A stretch of DNA of 64,000 nt, taken from positions 1 to 64,000 of the forward strand of contig JBBDYJ010000015.1 in assembly GCA_040901675.1 (NCBI GenBank), read 5' to 3'. The DNA is from Pirellulales bacterium (GTDB lineage Bacteria; Planctomycetota; Planctomycetia; Pirellulales; JAICIG01). Every line of letters begins with the position of its first letter. Within the stretch, counting starts at the first letter, position 1. Shown here piece by piece: positions 48,299 to 57,462 of the stretch. The position numbers and the translations under genes were made by a program. The notes below the pieces were generated by a model. That model did not search any database. It saw only the letters and a list, made by a program, of their open reading frames with translations, and had not been told where the DNA came from.

Positions 48299-49912
48299 AT
48301 GCGCCGCATCCAGATTTACGACACCACGTTGCGTGACGGCAGCCAGGGCGAAGGCATCAGTTTTTCGCTGCACGACAAGCTGCTGATCACCGAGCGGCTG
48401 GCGGAACTGGGCTTCGACTACATCGAGGGGGGCTACCCCTTGTCCAACGACAAGGACGCCCAGTATTTCGACCGGGCGCGCCGGCTCGAGGTCGGACCCA
48501 GCCGGATCTGCGCCTTCGGCATGACGCGCCGCAAGGGAGTCGAGGCCCAGCACGATCCGGGCATGCAAGCGCTGGTCGCGTCGGGAGCTTCGGTCATCAC
48601 CCTGGTGGGCAAGACTTCCGAGTTTCACGTCACCGAGGTGCTGCGGGCCAGCCTGGACGAGAACCTGCAGATGATTTCCGAGAGCGTGGCTTACCTGGCC
48701 GGGCAGGGGCGCGAAGTGATCTACGATGCCGAACACTTCTTCGACGGCTGGAAGGCCAACCGCGATTACGCTCTCAAAACGGTCCGGGCGGCCGCCGAAG
48801 CCGGCGCCCGCCTGATCGTCTTGTGCGACACCAACGGCGGCAGCATGCCGGAGGAAATCGCCGAGCTGACCCGCGCGGTCCGCGACGAGCTGGGCGTGCC
48901 CCTGGGCATCCATTGCCACAACGACTGCGACATGGCCGTGGCCAATTCGCTGGCCGCCATCGACCAGGGGGCCGTGCAGGTGCAGGGCACGATCAACGGC
49001 ATCGGCGAGCGCTGCGGCAATGCCGACCTGGTTTCGGTGATCGCCAACCTGGCCTTGAAGAAGCAGGGCTACGAGCTGCTGCTGCCCGGCAGCATCGAGC
49101 GGCTGACGGAGCTGTCGCGCTACGTCTACGAGCTCGCCAACATGAACTTCCGCTCCAACCAGCCCTTCGTGGGGCAAAGCGCGTTCGCGCACAAGGGAGG
49201 CATGCACGTGCACGCCGTCAGCCGGGCCGCTTCCAGCTACGAGCACCTGGCCCCCGAACGCGTCGGCAACCAGCGGCGGTTCCTGGTCAGCGAGCTGTCG
49301 GGCCGATCGAACATCATGGCGCTGACGACCAAGCACCACCTGGAGCACGACCGCGAGCTGATGGACAGAATCCTGGCCCGCGTGGTGGCACTGGAGAACC
49401 AGGGCTACCAGTTCGAGGCCGCCGAAGGCTCCTTCGACCTGTTGGTCAAGAAGTGCTCCGGGACGTTCGTGCCCCATTTCGAGCGGCTCAGTTTCCACGT
49501 GAGCGTCGAGGCCGAGCGCGACGGCCTGGCGACCACCGAGGCCACGGTCAAGCTGCGCGTGGGCAACCGCCTTCGCCACGAGGTGGCCGAGGGCGACGGC
49601 CCGGTCAACGCCCTGGACGCGGCCCTGCGCAAGGCTTTGAACGACGCTTTCCCGACCTTGGCCGAAATGCACCTGGTCGACTATAAAGTGCGCGTGATCA
49701 ACTCCGAGGCGGGCACCGCCGCGGGGGTGCGCGTGGTGATCGAAAGCCGCGACGGCGACGGCGTGTGGGGCACGGTGGGCGTCAGCGAGAACATCATCGA
49801 GGCCAGTTGGATCGCCCTGGTCGACAGCATCGAATACAAGCTCTGCAAAGACGAGGCCCGCGCCCAAGGCGCGGCGTCCCGGCCCCGATCGGCCACCACG
49901 GCGGCCCAGTAG
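48299..49912 (+). CDS. cimA: Citramalate synthase
   Basis: YDTTLRDGSQGEG, DAEHFFDG, LCDTNGG, HCHND, AFAHKGGMHV, VSELSGRSN, FEAAEGSF, LVDYKVRV. Confidence 0.92.
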   Translation: MRRIQIYDTTLRDGSQGEGISFSLHDKLLITERLAELGFDYIEGGYPLSNDKDAQYFDRARRLEVGPSRICAFGMTRRKGVEAQHDPGMQALVASGASVITLVGKTSEFHVTEVLRASLDENLQMISESVAYLAGQGREVIYDAEHFFDGWKANRDYALKTVRAAAEAGARLIVLCDTNGGSMPEEIAELTRAVRDELGVPLGIHCHNDCDMAVANSLAAIDQGAVQVQGTINGIGERCGNADLVSVIANLALKKQGYELLLPGSIERLTELSRYVYELANMNFRSNQPFVGQSAFAHKGGMHVHAVSRAASSYEHLAPERVGNQRRFLVSELSGRSNIMALTTKHHLEHDRELMDRILARVVALENQGYQFEAAEGSFDLLVKKCSGTFVPHFERLSFHVSVEAERDGLATTEATVKLRVGNRLRHEVAEGDGPVNALDAALRKALNDAFPTLAEMHLVDYKVRVINSEAGTAAGVRVVIESRDGDGVWGTVGVSENIIEASWIALVDSIEYKLCKDEARAQGAASRPRSATTAAQ

Positions 49913-49949
49913 ACCAGCAAGTGTTTTTATCAAGCTAATCAAGCGAGTT

Positions 49950-50092
49950 GGGTGGCTGGGGCAAAGCGATAAGCGTGCCCCAGTTGCGATCGCCAGAACG
50001 GCCGGGTGGCTGGGGCAAAGCGATAAGCGTGCCCCAGTTGCCATGGCAACGGCGGGGTGGCTGGGGCAAAGCGATAAGCGTGCCCCAGTTGC
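49950..50092 (+). repeat. Three tandem REP copies GGGTGGCTGGGGCAAAGCGATAAGCGTGCCCCAGTTGC
   Basis: Identical 38-bp units at 49950, 50004 and 50055 with 16- and 13-bp linkers; internal CTGGGGCA/TGCCCCAG palindrome. Confidence 0.9.
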
Positions 50093-50161
50093 GATGTCCA
50101 GTTGCGATGCAACGAAGTTGTTTTTCGGCCGACTGGTCGGCCCCTTAGAACGGATATTCGT

Positions 50162-53100
50162 ATGTCAGCCACCACTTCCCTGGAAAGCCTGCCCAAGCAG
50201 TATCAGCACCGCGAGCCGGAGCGCCGCTGGTACCAGTTCTGGCTCGACCGCGGCTATTTTCACAGCGAACCGGACCCCACCCGGCCGCCTTACACGATCG
50301 TCATTCCGCCGCCCAACGTGACGGGCGCCTTGCACCTGGGCCACGCCCTGAACAACAGCCTGCAGGACATCCTGATCCGCTTCAAGCGGATGCAGGGCTT
50401 CAACGCGTTGTGGATGCCGGGCACCGACCATGCGGGCATCGCCACCCAGGCGGTCGTCGAGCGGCGGCTGCTCGAAGAGGAAAAAAAGTCGCGGCACGAC
50501 CTGGGCCGCGAGGAGCTGGTCCGGCGGATCTGGGCCTGGAAGGACGAGTACGAAGAGCGGATCCTGGGGCAGCTCAAGCGGATGGGATCGAGCTGCGATT
50601 GGGAGCGGACGCGGTTCACGCTCGACCCGGTCTGCGCCCGCGCCGTGCGGCACACGTTCTTCAACTTGTTCAAGCAGGGCTTGATCTACCGCGGCAAGCG
50701 GCTGGTGAACTGGGACACCTATCTCCAGACCGCCGTCAGCGACGACGAGGTGTTCCACGAGACCGTGGCCGGCCACTTCTGGCATTTTCGCTATCCGGTC
50801 ATTGACCCGGTGCCCGGCGAGCCGACGCACGTCACCATCGCCACCACGCGGCCCGAAACGATGCTGGGCGATACGGCGGTGGCCGTGCATCCCGATCCCC
50901 AGGCCGCTTTGGCCGAGGCCGAGAGCCAACTGCGAGAGAAGCTCTCCCAGGCGCCCGACAAGCAGCGGCCCGCGCTCAAAGCCGAGCTGACGGCGCTCGT
51001 CGAGCGGCGCACGACGCACCTGCCGCTGCTCTTGAAGCTCCGCGACATGGCGCGCTCCGGGCGGATGCTCATGCTGCCGCTGGTGGACCGCGAGATCCCG
51101 CTGGTGGCCGACGAGTGGGCCCGGCCCGAACTGGGCAGCGGCTGCGTCAAGATCACGCCGGCGCACGATCCCAACGACTACGAGGTCGGCCTGCGGCGCT
51201 CGCTGCCGATGATCAACATCCTCAATCCGGACGGCACGCTCAATGCCAACGCGGGCGCCTACCGGGGGTTGACCGTGGCTGCCGCGCGCCAGCGCGTGGT
51301 GGCCGACCTCGACAAGCTCGGCCTGCTGGCCGACGTGGAAGCCCGCGAGATCGAGCTGGCCCACTCCGACCGCTCGAAGACGCCGATCGAGCCGTACCTG
51401 GCCGACCAGTGGTTCGTCAAGATGGAAGACCTGGCCGAGTCGGCGATGCAGGCGGTGCGCGCTCAGTCGGTGCGGATCGTTCCTTCCCGATATGCCCGCG
51501 GCTATCTCGACTGGCTGGGCGAGAAACGCGATTGGCCCATCAGTCGGCAGCTCTGGTGGGGGCACCAGATCCCGATCTGGTACGCCCGCCAGGTGAGCGA
51601 GCAGGAGCTCAAACAGGCCTTCGCCGGCCGCGACGACGTGGTCTGGCACCGCGATCCCGAGCACGATCAATGGCTCGTGTCGGCCCTGGAGGAGGACCTC
51701 GATCCCCAGGCGATCCCAGGCCGCCGCCTGGAGCGGGAACAGGACGTGCTCGACACCTGGTTCAGCTCGGCCCTGTGGCCGCACTCGACGCTCGGCTGGC
51801 CCGAGCGCACGGCGGAGCTGGAATACTACTATCCCACCAGCACGCTGGTCACCAACCGCGACATCATCACGCTGTGGGTGGCGCGGATGGTGCTGACCGG
51901 CCTGTTCAACGTGGGCGACGTTCCCTTCCGCGAGGTCTACATCCATCCCAAGATCCTGGACGGATATGGCGAGGGGATGTCCAAGATGAAGGGCAACGGA
52001 GTCGATCCGCTGGACTTGATCGAAAAGTTCGGCGCCGACTCGCTGCGGTTCGGCCTGGCCTGGCTGACGACCGAGACGCAAGACATCCGCATGGCGGTCG
52101 AGTTCGAGTGCCCGCATTGCGGCAAGCTGATCGAGCAGACCAAGAAGAACCGCGTGCTGCCGCGGCTTGCCTGCCCGCATTGCCGCGGCGAGTTCAGCAC
52201 GCAATGGGCCAGGAAACCGGACGACCTGGCGCTGCCCCGCGCCGCGGTGGTGAGCGAGCGGTTCGAGCTGGCCCGCAATTTCCTGAACAAGCTCTGGAAC
52301 GCCGCCCGCTTCACGCTGTTGAACCTGGAAGGCTATAGCGGCGAGCCGGTGGCCGAGAGCGAGCTGGCCGTCGAGGACCGCTGGATCCTCAGCCGGCTGT
52401 CGACGGTGACCGGCCAGGTGACGGAGGCCTTGGATGCGTATCGTTACGCCGACGCGATGCGGTTGCTCTACGAGTTCGCCTGGGACGATTTTTGCAGCTT
52501 CTACCTGGAGATGTCGAAGGGGCGGCTGCAGCAGGCCGAGTCGCGGCCGGTGGCGCAGCGCGTGCTCGCGCATACGCTCGACGTGCTGTTGCGTCTGTTG
52601 CACCCGGCCGTGCCGTTCATCACCGAGGAGATCTGGCAGTTGCTGGCCGGTGCCGCGCGGCATCGCGGCCTGGCCGAGCCGGCCGAGGCCGCCGAGAGCA
52701 TCATGATTGCTCCCTGGCCGGCGGCCGAGCGCGAGCGGCAGGATGCCACGATCGAGGCGCGTTTCGCGTTGTTCCAGGAGGTGCTCCGCGGCCTGCGCGA
52801 GATCCGCAGCCGTCAGAACATTCCGCCCAAGACGCCGATCCGCTTCTCGGCCCGTTGCCGGCCGGAGACGGCCGACTTGCTGCGCGCGATGGAGGGCTAT
52901 TTCGAGTCGATGGCCGGCGCCCGCGCGGTAGCATGGGGCGAAGAGGCGTCGCCGCCGGCCACGCACGCGCACGTGAGCCTGGAGCAGCTCGAGTTGTACG
53001 TCGACTTGGCCGGGCTGATCGACGTGGCAGCGGAGTCGGCGCGCCTGGAGAAGGAGCAGGCCCGGCTCGCGGGCCAGATCACGGCGAAGGAAAAGAAGCT

Positions 53101-53230
53101 GGGCAACCAGGCCTTTGTCGAGCGGGCGCCGCGAGAGGTGGTTGAAAACGAGCGGCAAGCCTTGGCCGGTCTCCGCGAGCAGTTGTCGTCCGTTCAGAAG
53201 TCGTTGTCGGCGCTGCGGGGCCAAGGGTAG
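50162..53230 (+). CDS. valS: Valine--tRNA ligase
   Basis: PPPNVTGALHLGHA, GTDHAGIATQ, ATTRPETMLGD, SRQLWWGH, DVLDTWFSS, C-terminal coiled coil. Confidence 0.97.
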   Translation: MSATTSLESLPKQYQHREPERRWYQFWLDRGYFHSEPDPTRPPYTIVIPPPNVTGALHLGHALNNSLQDILIRFKRMQGFNALWMPGTDHAGIATQAVVERRLLEEEKKSRHDLGREELVRRIWAWKDEYEERILGQLKRMGSSCDWERTRFTLDPVCARAVRHTFFNLFKQGLIYRGKRLVNWDTYLQTAVSDDEVFHETVAGHFWHFRYPVIDPVPGEPTHVTIATTRPETMLGDTAVAVHPDPQAALAEAESQLREKLSQAPDKQRPALKAELTALVERRTTHLPLLLKLRDMARSGRMLMLPLVDREIPLVADEWARPELGSGCVKITPAHDPNDYEVGLRRSLPMINILNPDGTLNANAGAYRGLTVAAARQRVVADLDKLGLLADVEAREIELAHSDRSKTPIEPYLADQWFVKMEDLAESAMQAVRAQSVRIVPSRYARGYLDWLGEKRDWPISRQLWWGHQIPIWYARQVSEQELKQAFAGRDDVVWHRDPEHDQWLVSALEEDLDPQAIPGRRLEREQDVLDTWFSSALWPHSTLGWPERTAELEYYYPTSTLVTNRDIITLWVARMVLTGLFNVGDVPFREVYIHPKILDGYGEGMSKMKGNGVDPLDLIEKFGADSLRFGLAWLTTETQDIRMAVEFECPHCGKLIEQTKKNRVLPRLACPHCRGEFSTQWARKPDDLALPRAAVVSERFELARNFLNKLWNAARFTLLNLEGYSGEPVAESELAVEDRWILSRLSTVTGQVTEALDAYRYADAMRLLYEFAWDDFCSFYLEMSKGRLQQAESRPVAQRVLAHTLDVLLRLLHPAVPFITEEIWQLLAGAARHRGLAEPAEAAESIMIAPWPAAERERQDATIEARFALFQEVLRGLREIRSRQNIPPKTPIRFSARCRPETADLLRAMEGYFESMAGARAVAWGEEASPPATHAHVSLEQLELYVDLAGLIDVAAESARLEKEQARLAGQITAKEKKLGNQAFVERAPREVVENERQALAGLREQLSSVQKSLSALRGQG

Positions 53231-53240
53231 GCTCAATCGG

Positions 53241-53530
53241 GGGTCGGAGGTCAGAGGTCAGAGGACAGAGGTCAGAAGTCAGAGGTCAGAGGTCGGAAGG
53301 TTCGTAGTGATCCGCATTCATGCGGTCCTTCTGCCCCGCAGGGGCGCAACATATCAGCCCACGGGCAACGCCCTGGGTAACCGGTCCCCAAAAAAACCCG
53401 TCGTAGACCGATGTCTCAGCATCGGTCCTCTCCCTGGCCGCCTCCGCCGCCGTCCGTAGCAGGACTCGCCAGAGTTCCGGCCGTCTCCCCTCTCGCAGGA
53501 GTCATTTGTCACTGGTCATTGGTCACTGGT
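53241..53530. repeat. Composite cluster of several REP-like and heptamer repeat families
   Basis: GGTCAGA run; GTAGTGATCCGCATTCATGCGGTC; CCCCGCAGGGG...GGGCAACGCCCTGGG; GTAGACCGATG..CATCGGTC; GTAGCAGGACTCGCCAGAGTTC; GTCATTG-type run. Confidence 0.8.
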
Positions 53531-53630
53531 CCGCCGGGTGGGGGGCGACGGGCTCGTTGGGCAAACAGCGTGCCGCGGCGGGCGTGGCATTTTTCGACCG
53601 CCACTAGCCGCTATGCTGGCGGCGGACTTA

Positions 53631-53696
53631 TAATTTTGGCTTGCGAGGCTTTTAATCTTGGCTTGCGTGGCCTTTAATTTTGGCTTGCGTGGCCTT
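53631..53696 (+). repeat. Three 22-bp direct repeats overlapping a TATAAT box
   Basis: TAAT(T/C)TTGGCTTGCG(A/T)GGC(T/C)TT at 53631, 53653 and 53675; TATAAT at 53629-53634. Confidence 0.8.
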
Positions 53697-53736
53697 GGGC
53701 CTCGGCAGCCAATTTACTCGGCGAAGGGTTCCGGTC

Positions 53737-54141
53737 ATGCCCGTGCAGATGGAGTTGTCGAGGATCATCATCAGCGAGATCAACGACCAGCAGATCATTT
53801 ACTTGAAGGAGGTCGACGGCGACCGTTCTTTTCCGATTTTGATCGGCATTTTCGAAGCCACCAGCATCGACCGCCGCGTGAAGGGATACATGTCGCCGCG
53901 GCCCTTGACGCACGACCTGTTGGTCAGCGTGGTGGACAATCTCGGCGGCGAGTTCCAGAGCGTGGTGATCAGCGAGCTCAAGGAGCACACCTATTACGCC
54001 CGTCTGCGGATCAAGCACGAAGGCGAGCTGATCGAGATCGACGCCCGCCCCTCCGACGCCATCGCCGTGGCCGTGACCTGCGACCCCCCCCTGCCCATCT
54101 ACGTGACCGAAGAGGTCCTCAACGACGTGCTGGGCGCGTGA
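53737..54141 (+). CDS. Bifunctional nuclease family protein (DUF151)
   Basis: FPILIGIFEATSI, RPLTHDL, IDARPSDAIAVA. Confidence 0.92.
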   Translation: MPVQMELSRIIISEINDQQIIYLKEVDGDRSFPILIGIFEATSIDRRVKGYMSPRPLTHDLLVSVVDNLGGEFQSVVISELKEHTYYARLRIKHEGELIEIDARPSDAIAVAVTCDPPLPIYVTEEVLNDVLGA

Positions 54142-54142
54142 T

Positions 54143-54404
54143 GTTCGTAGTGACCCCATTCATAGGGTCCCTTCTCGTTCGTAGTGACCCCATTTATGGG
54201 GTCCCTTCAACCATTGTCCGCTAAGTCAGCACGAACACTGCTTGAAGCTGCCGGCACGTCGGCAGCTTCAAGCAGTGGCACCAGACTTTGCCACCAGCGA
54301 CCCAAGTGCCAAGATCGAAGACCTAAGCATCTCTCTCTTCGCCTGAATTCTGGCGAATCCAGCTACGGACTTCCCTGGATTCTGGCGAATCCAGCTACGG
54401 ACTT
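54143..54404. repeat. REP cluster between convergent genes
   Basis: Two GTTCGTAGTGACCCCATT..GGGTCCC copies, a CACTGCTTG..CAAGCAGTGGCACC hairpin (54236-54282), and two ATTCTGGCGAATCCAGCTACGGACTT copies (54345-54404). Confidence 0.85.
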
Positions 54405-54428
54405 GAGCACTAAGACCCAAACCCCGCT

Positions 54429-56201
54429 TCAGCGCTGGGCGTCGGCGAAGGCTTGCTGGAGGCACTTGAGGGCCTCGCGGCCGGCGGCGCCGTCGACGAT
54501 CACGTTCACGCGCACCTCGCTGGTGTTGATCAAGTCGACGTTGATCCCGGCGTCGGACAGCGAACGGAACATGCGGATCGCTACGCCCGTGTGACTGCGC
54601 ATGCCGATCCCAGATACCGAAAGCTTGGCCACGCGGGGCGAATTGGTCACCGGGCCGCAACCGAACCGCCTGGCCAACTCGCTGCCGACGAAAAGCGCCT
54701 TGTCCAAGGAGGCCTGAGGCACCGTGAAGCTCAGGTTGGCCCGCCCGTCGCGGCCGAAACTCTGCACGATCATGTCGACGAAAATTCCCCCCTCGGCCAC
54801 GCGCTCAAAAACCTGGGCCGCCACGCCGGGAGCGTCCGGAACATTGTTCACCGTGATCCGCGCCTGCGTGTCGTCCAGGTTGATGTCGCTGATCGTCAGG
54901 TTTTCCATGCCCTGCAGACGGGCCACCACCGCGGCGGCGTCGCCCACGTGCGGTTGGACCTTGCTGCTGGGCGGGCGCGGACCGGTTGGCTCGCGATCGA
55001 GCTCGAACACGCCGTGTACCGTCCGCAGGGCCGAGAAGCCTTGCTCGCGGGCCACCAACACCGAGATCTTGATCTCGCTGGTGGTAATCATCTGGATGTT
55101 CACGCCGGCGTCGGCCAGGGCGCGAAACATCCGCTGCGCGACGCCGGTCTGCGTCGCCATACCCAGCCCGACTACCGAGACCTTCGAGACGTTGTCGTCG
55201 TGCGTGAACCCCTCGGCCCCCAACTCGGCGGACGCCTCGGAGACCGCCTTGAGCGTGGAAGGCAGGTCGTCGCGGAATACGGTGAAGGAGACGTCGGCCT
55301 TGGCGTCGCTGCCGATGTTCTGCACGATCATGTCGACCGAGATGTTCTTGGCCGCGATTTTGGAAAAGATGCCCAGGCTGCTGCCGGGCCGGTCGGGGAC
55401 GCCCAGAATGGTGACGCGGGCCTCGTTCTTGACCAGCGTGGCGCCGCTGACCGGCTGCCCCTCGGCCTCCGGTTCGGGCACGATCATGGTGCCGGGCACG
55501 TCGGCCGAGCTGTTGCGGACGTGGATCGGCACCGAGAACTTCTTGGCGAACTCGATCGACCGGCTGTGCATCACTCCCGCGCCCAGGCTGGCCAGCTCCA
55601 GCATCTCGTCGTAGCTGACCTGCTTGACCATGCGCGCTTCGGGCAGCACACGGGGATCGGTGGTGTAGACGCCGTCCACGTCGGTGTAGATCTCGCAGGC
55701 GTCGGCGCCCAGCACGGCCGCCAGGGCCACCGCGGTGGTGTCGCTGCCGCCGCGGCCCAGCGTGGTGATATTGTAGTTCTCGTCGATGCCCTGGAAGCCG
55801 GCGGCGATCACGATCTTTCCCTCGGCCAGCGCCTTGCGCATGCGGTCGGTGGAGATCGACTGGATGCGGGCCTTGGTGTGCGTGCTGTCGGTCTTGATGC
55901 CGATTTGCGCTCCCGTGAAGCTGATGGCCTGCTGGCCCAACGAATCGATGGCCATGGCCATCAGGGCCACGCTCACCTGTTCGCCGGTGGACAAGAGCAT
56001 GTCCATCTCGCGGGCCGGAGGGTCGTCGCTGATCTGGTTCGCCAGCTCGACCAGCAGGTCGGTGTTCTTTCCCATGGCGCTGACGACCATCACCACCTGG
56101 TTGCCCTCCTGCCGGGCGCGGACCGCCTTGCGGGCGGCAGCCAGTATCTTGGCGCTGTCGGCAACGCTCGTGCCGCCGAATTTCTGCACAATCAGAGGCA
56201 T
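54429..56201 (-). CDS. lysC: Aspartate kinase with extended (about four) ACT domains
   Basis: VQKFGGTSV, VVSAMG, TTLGRGGSDTTA, YTDVDGVYTTDPR; duplicated ACT pairs. Confidence 0.95.
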   Translation of the reverse strand: MPLIVQKFGGTSVADSAKILAAARKAVRARQEGNQVVMVVSAMGKNTDLLVELANQISDDPPAREMDMLLSTGEQVSVALMAMAIDSLGQQAISFTGAQIGIKTDSTHTKARIQSISTDRMRKALAEGKIVIAAGFQGIDENYNITTLGRGGSDTTAVALAAVLGADACEIYTDVDGVYTTDPRVLPEARMVKQVSYDEMLELASLGAGVMHSRSIEFAKKFSVPIHVRNSSADVPGTMIVPEPEAEGQPVSGATLVKNEARVTILGVPDRPGSSLGIFSKIAAKNISVDMIVQNIGSDAKADVSFTVFRDDLPSTLKAVSEASAELGAEGFTHDDNVSKVSVVGLGMATQTGVAQRMFRALADAGVNIQMITTSEIKISVLVAREQGFSALRTVHGVFELDREPTGPRPPSSKVQPHVGDAAAVVARLQGMENLTISDINLDDTQARITVNNVPDAPGVAAQVFERVAEGGIFVDMIVQSFGRDGRANLSFTVPQASLDKALFVGSELARRFGCGPVTNSPRVAKLSVSGIGMRSHTGVAIRMFRSLSDAGINVDLINTSEVRVNVIVDGAAGREALKCLQQAFADAQR

Positions 56202-56204
56202 CGC

Positions 56205-57461
56205 TCAGTTCCCAACGAAAAAACGCATCAGCTTCCAGCCCTCCTCAAAGTTCAAGGCCGAGGCGGCCGCCGCCGCTTCGTGGTAGCCATCGGCTCCGCC
56301 GGCCTGGATACCGCTGCCGGCCATGGCAAAGGGCACCGCTCCGTGGCTGTGGGTCTTGGTCCGCAGCGGCGTGGGGTGGTCGGGAGTGACCAGGATCCGG
56401 TAGTCGCCCCCGGTTCGCAGCGCGGCGTGCAACGGGCCCACGATGTGCCGGTCGATCTCCTCGAGCGCCCGGATCTTGGCGGCGCAGTTCCCTTCGTGCG
56501 AGGCCTCGTCCGTGGCCTCGACGTGAACGCACACGAGATCGACGTCGTCGAGCGCCTCGACGGCCGCGCGTCCCTTGGCCGCGTAGTCGGTGTCCAGATA
56601 ACCGGTGGCCCCGGGCACGTCGATCCGCCGCCAGCCCACGAGCGCGGCCAGCCCGCGCAACAGGTCGACGGCCGTGATCATAGCGCCTCGTTTTCCATAA
56701 ACCGCCTCGAACGGCGGCAGGTGAATGCTGCGCCCTTGTCCCCAGAGCCAGATGTTGGTGGCCGGCAACTGGCCGCGGGCTCGTCGGGCGACGTTCACCG
56801 GGTGGTTGGCGAACAGCGCGATGCTCTCGCTCATCAGGCAGTTCAAAAGCTGGCCGCCGGGACCCCGAGGATAGTCGTCCAGCACCGATTTGTCGGTCAA
56901 ATCGTGCGGCGGCGTGGCACGCGTATCCGAGGTGAAGGGTGCCGGCTTCTCGCCCGCCCGGTAGATCAACAGGTTCCGATAGCTCACGCCGGGGACGAAC
57001 TCGAGCTGCCCCGTACCAGCGGCCTGCCCAGTGCCCAGTGCTTGCCCAGTACCCAGGGCCTGCCCGGTACATAGTGCCTGCTGGGCCGTGGCCAGCAATT
57101 GCCGGGCTTCTTCGCTGGAGATATGACCGGCGGTGAAGTCGCGCATCGTCTGGTCTTCGATCGTGACCAGGTTCAGGCGGATGGCCCAATCATTGGCGCC
57201 CAGCGCGATCCCCTGCGCGGCGGCTTCCAAAGGCGCCCGGCCGCTGAAATGAGCCAGGGGGTCGTATCCCAGCAGGCTCAGGTTGGCCACGTCCGATCCG
57301 GGCGGCAGCGAAGCGGGCACGTGGTTGGCCCGCCCCACGACGCCCGACGCGGCGACCGCATCCATGTGTGGAATGTGCGCCGCCTGCAAGGGGGTGCGCC
57401 CCTCCAGCACCCCTTGCGGTTCGTCGGCACAGCCGTCGGGAATGATGATGGCGTATTTCAC
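56205..57461 (-). CDS. apgM: ApgM-family cofactor-independent phosphoglycerate mutase-like protein
   Basis: IPDGCADEP, PGSDVANLSLLGYDP, GRAPLEAA, HVEATDEASH, PDHPTP...TH; GTG start. Confidence 0.88.
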   Translation of the reverse strand: MKYAIIIPDGCADEPQGVLEGRTPLQAAHIPHMDAVAASGVVGRANHVPASLPPGSDVANLSLLGYDPLAHFSGRAPLEAAAQGIALGANDWAIRLNLVTIEDQTMRDFTAGHISSEEARQLLATAQQALCTGQALGTGQALGTGQAAGTGQLEFVPGVSYRNLLIYRAGEKPAPFTSDTRATPPHDLTDKSVLDDYPRGPGGQLLNCLMSESIALFANHPVNVARRARGQLPATNIWLWGQGRSIHLPPFEAVYGKRGAMITAVDLLRGLAALVGWRRIDVPGATGYLDTDYAAKGRAAVEALDDVDLVCVHVEATDEASHEGNCAAKIRALEEIDRHIVGPLHAALRTGGDYRILVTPDHPTPLRTKTHSHGAVPFAMAGSGIQAGGADGYHEAAAAASALNFEEGWKLMRFFVGN

Positions 57462-57462
57462 T

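Noticed and set aside
49950..50092. Possible CRISPR array (three identical 38-bp palindromic repeats)
   Set aside because: Spacers are only 16 and 13 bp, no cas genes, and the same unit is dispersed at five other sites, which fits a REP
50093..50161. T-box or other leader upstream of valS
   Set aside because: No T-box consensus or terminator; the region is occupied by REP copies
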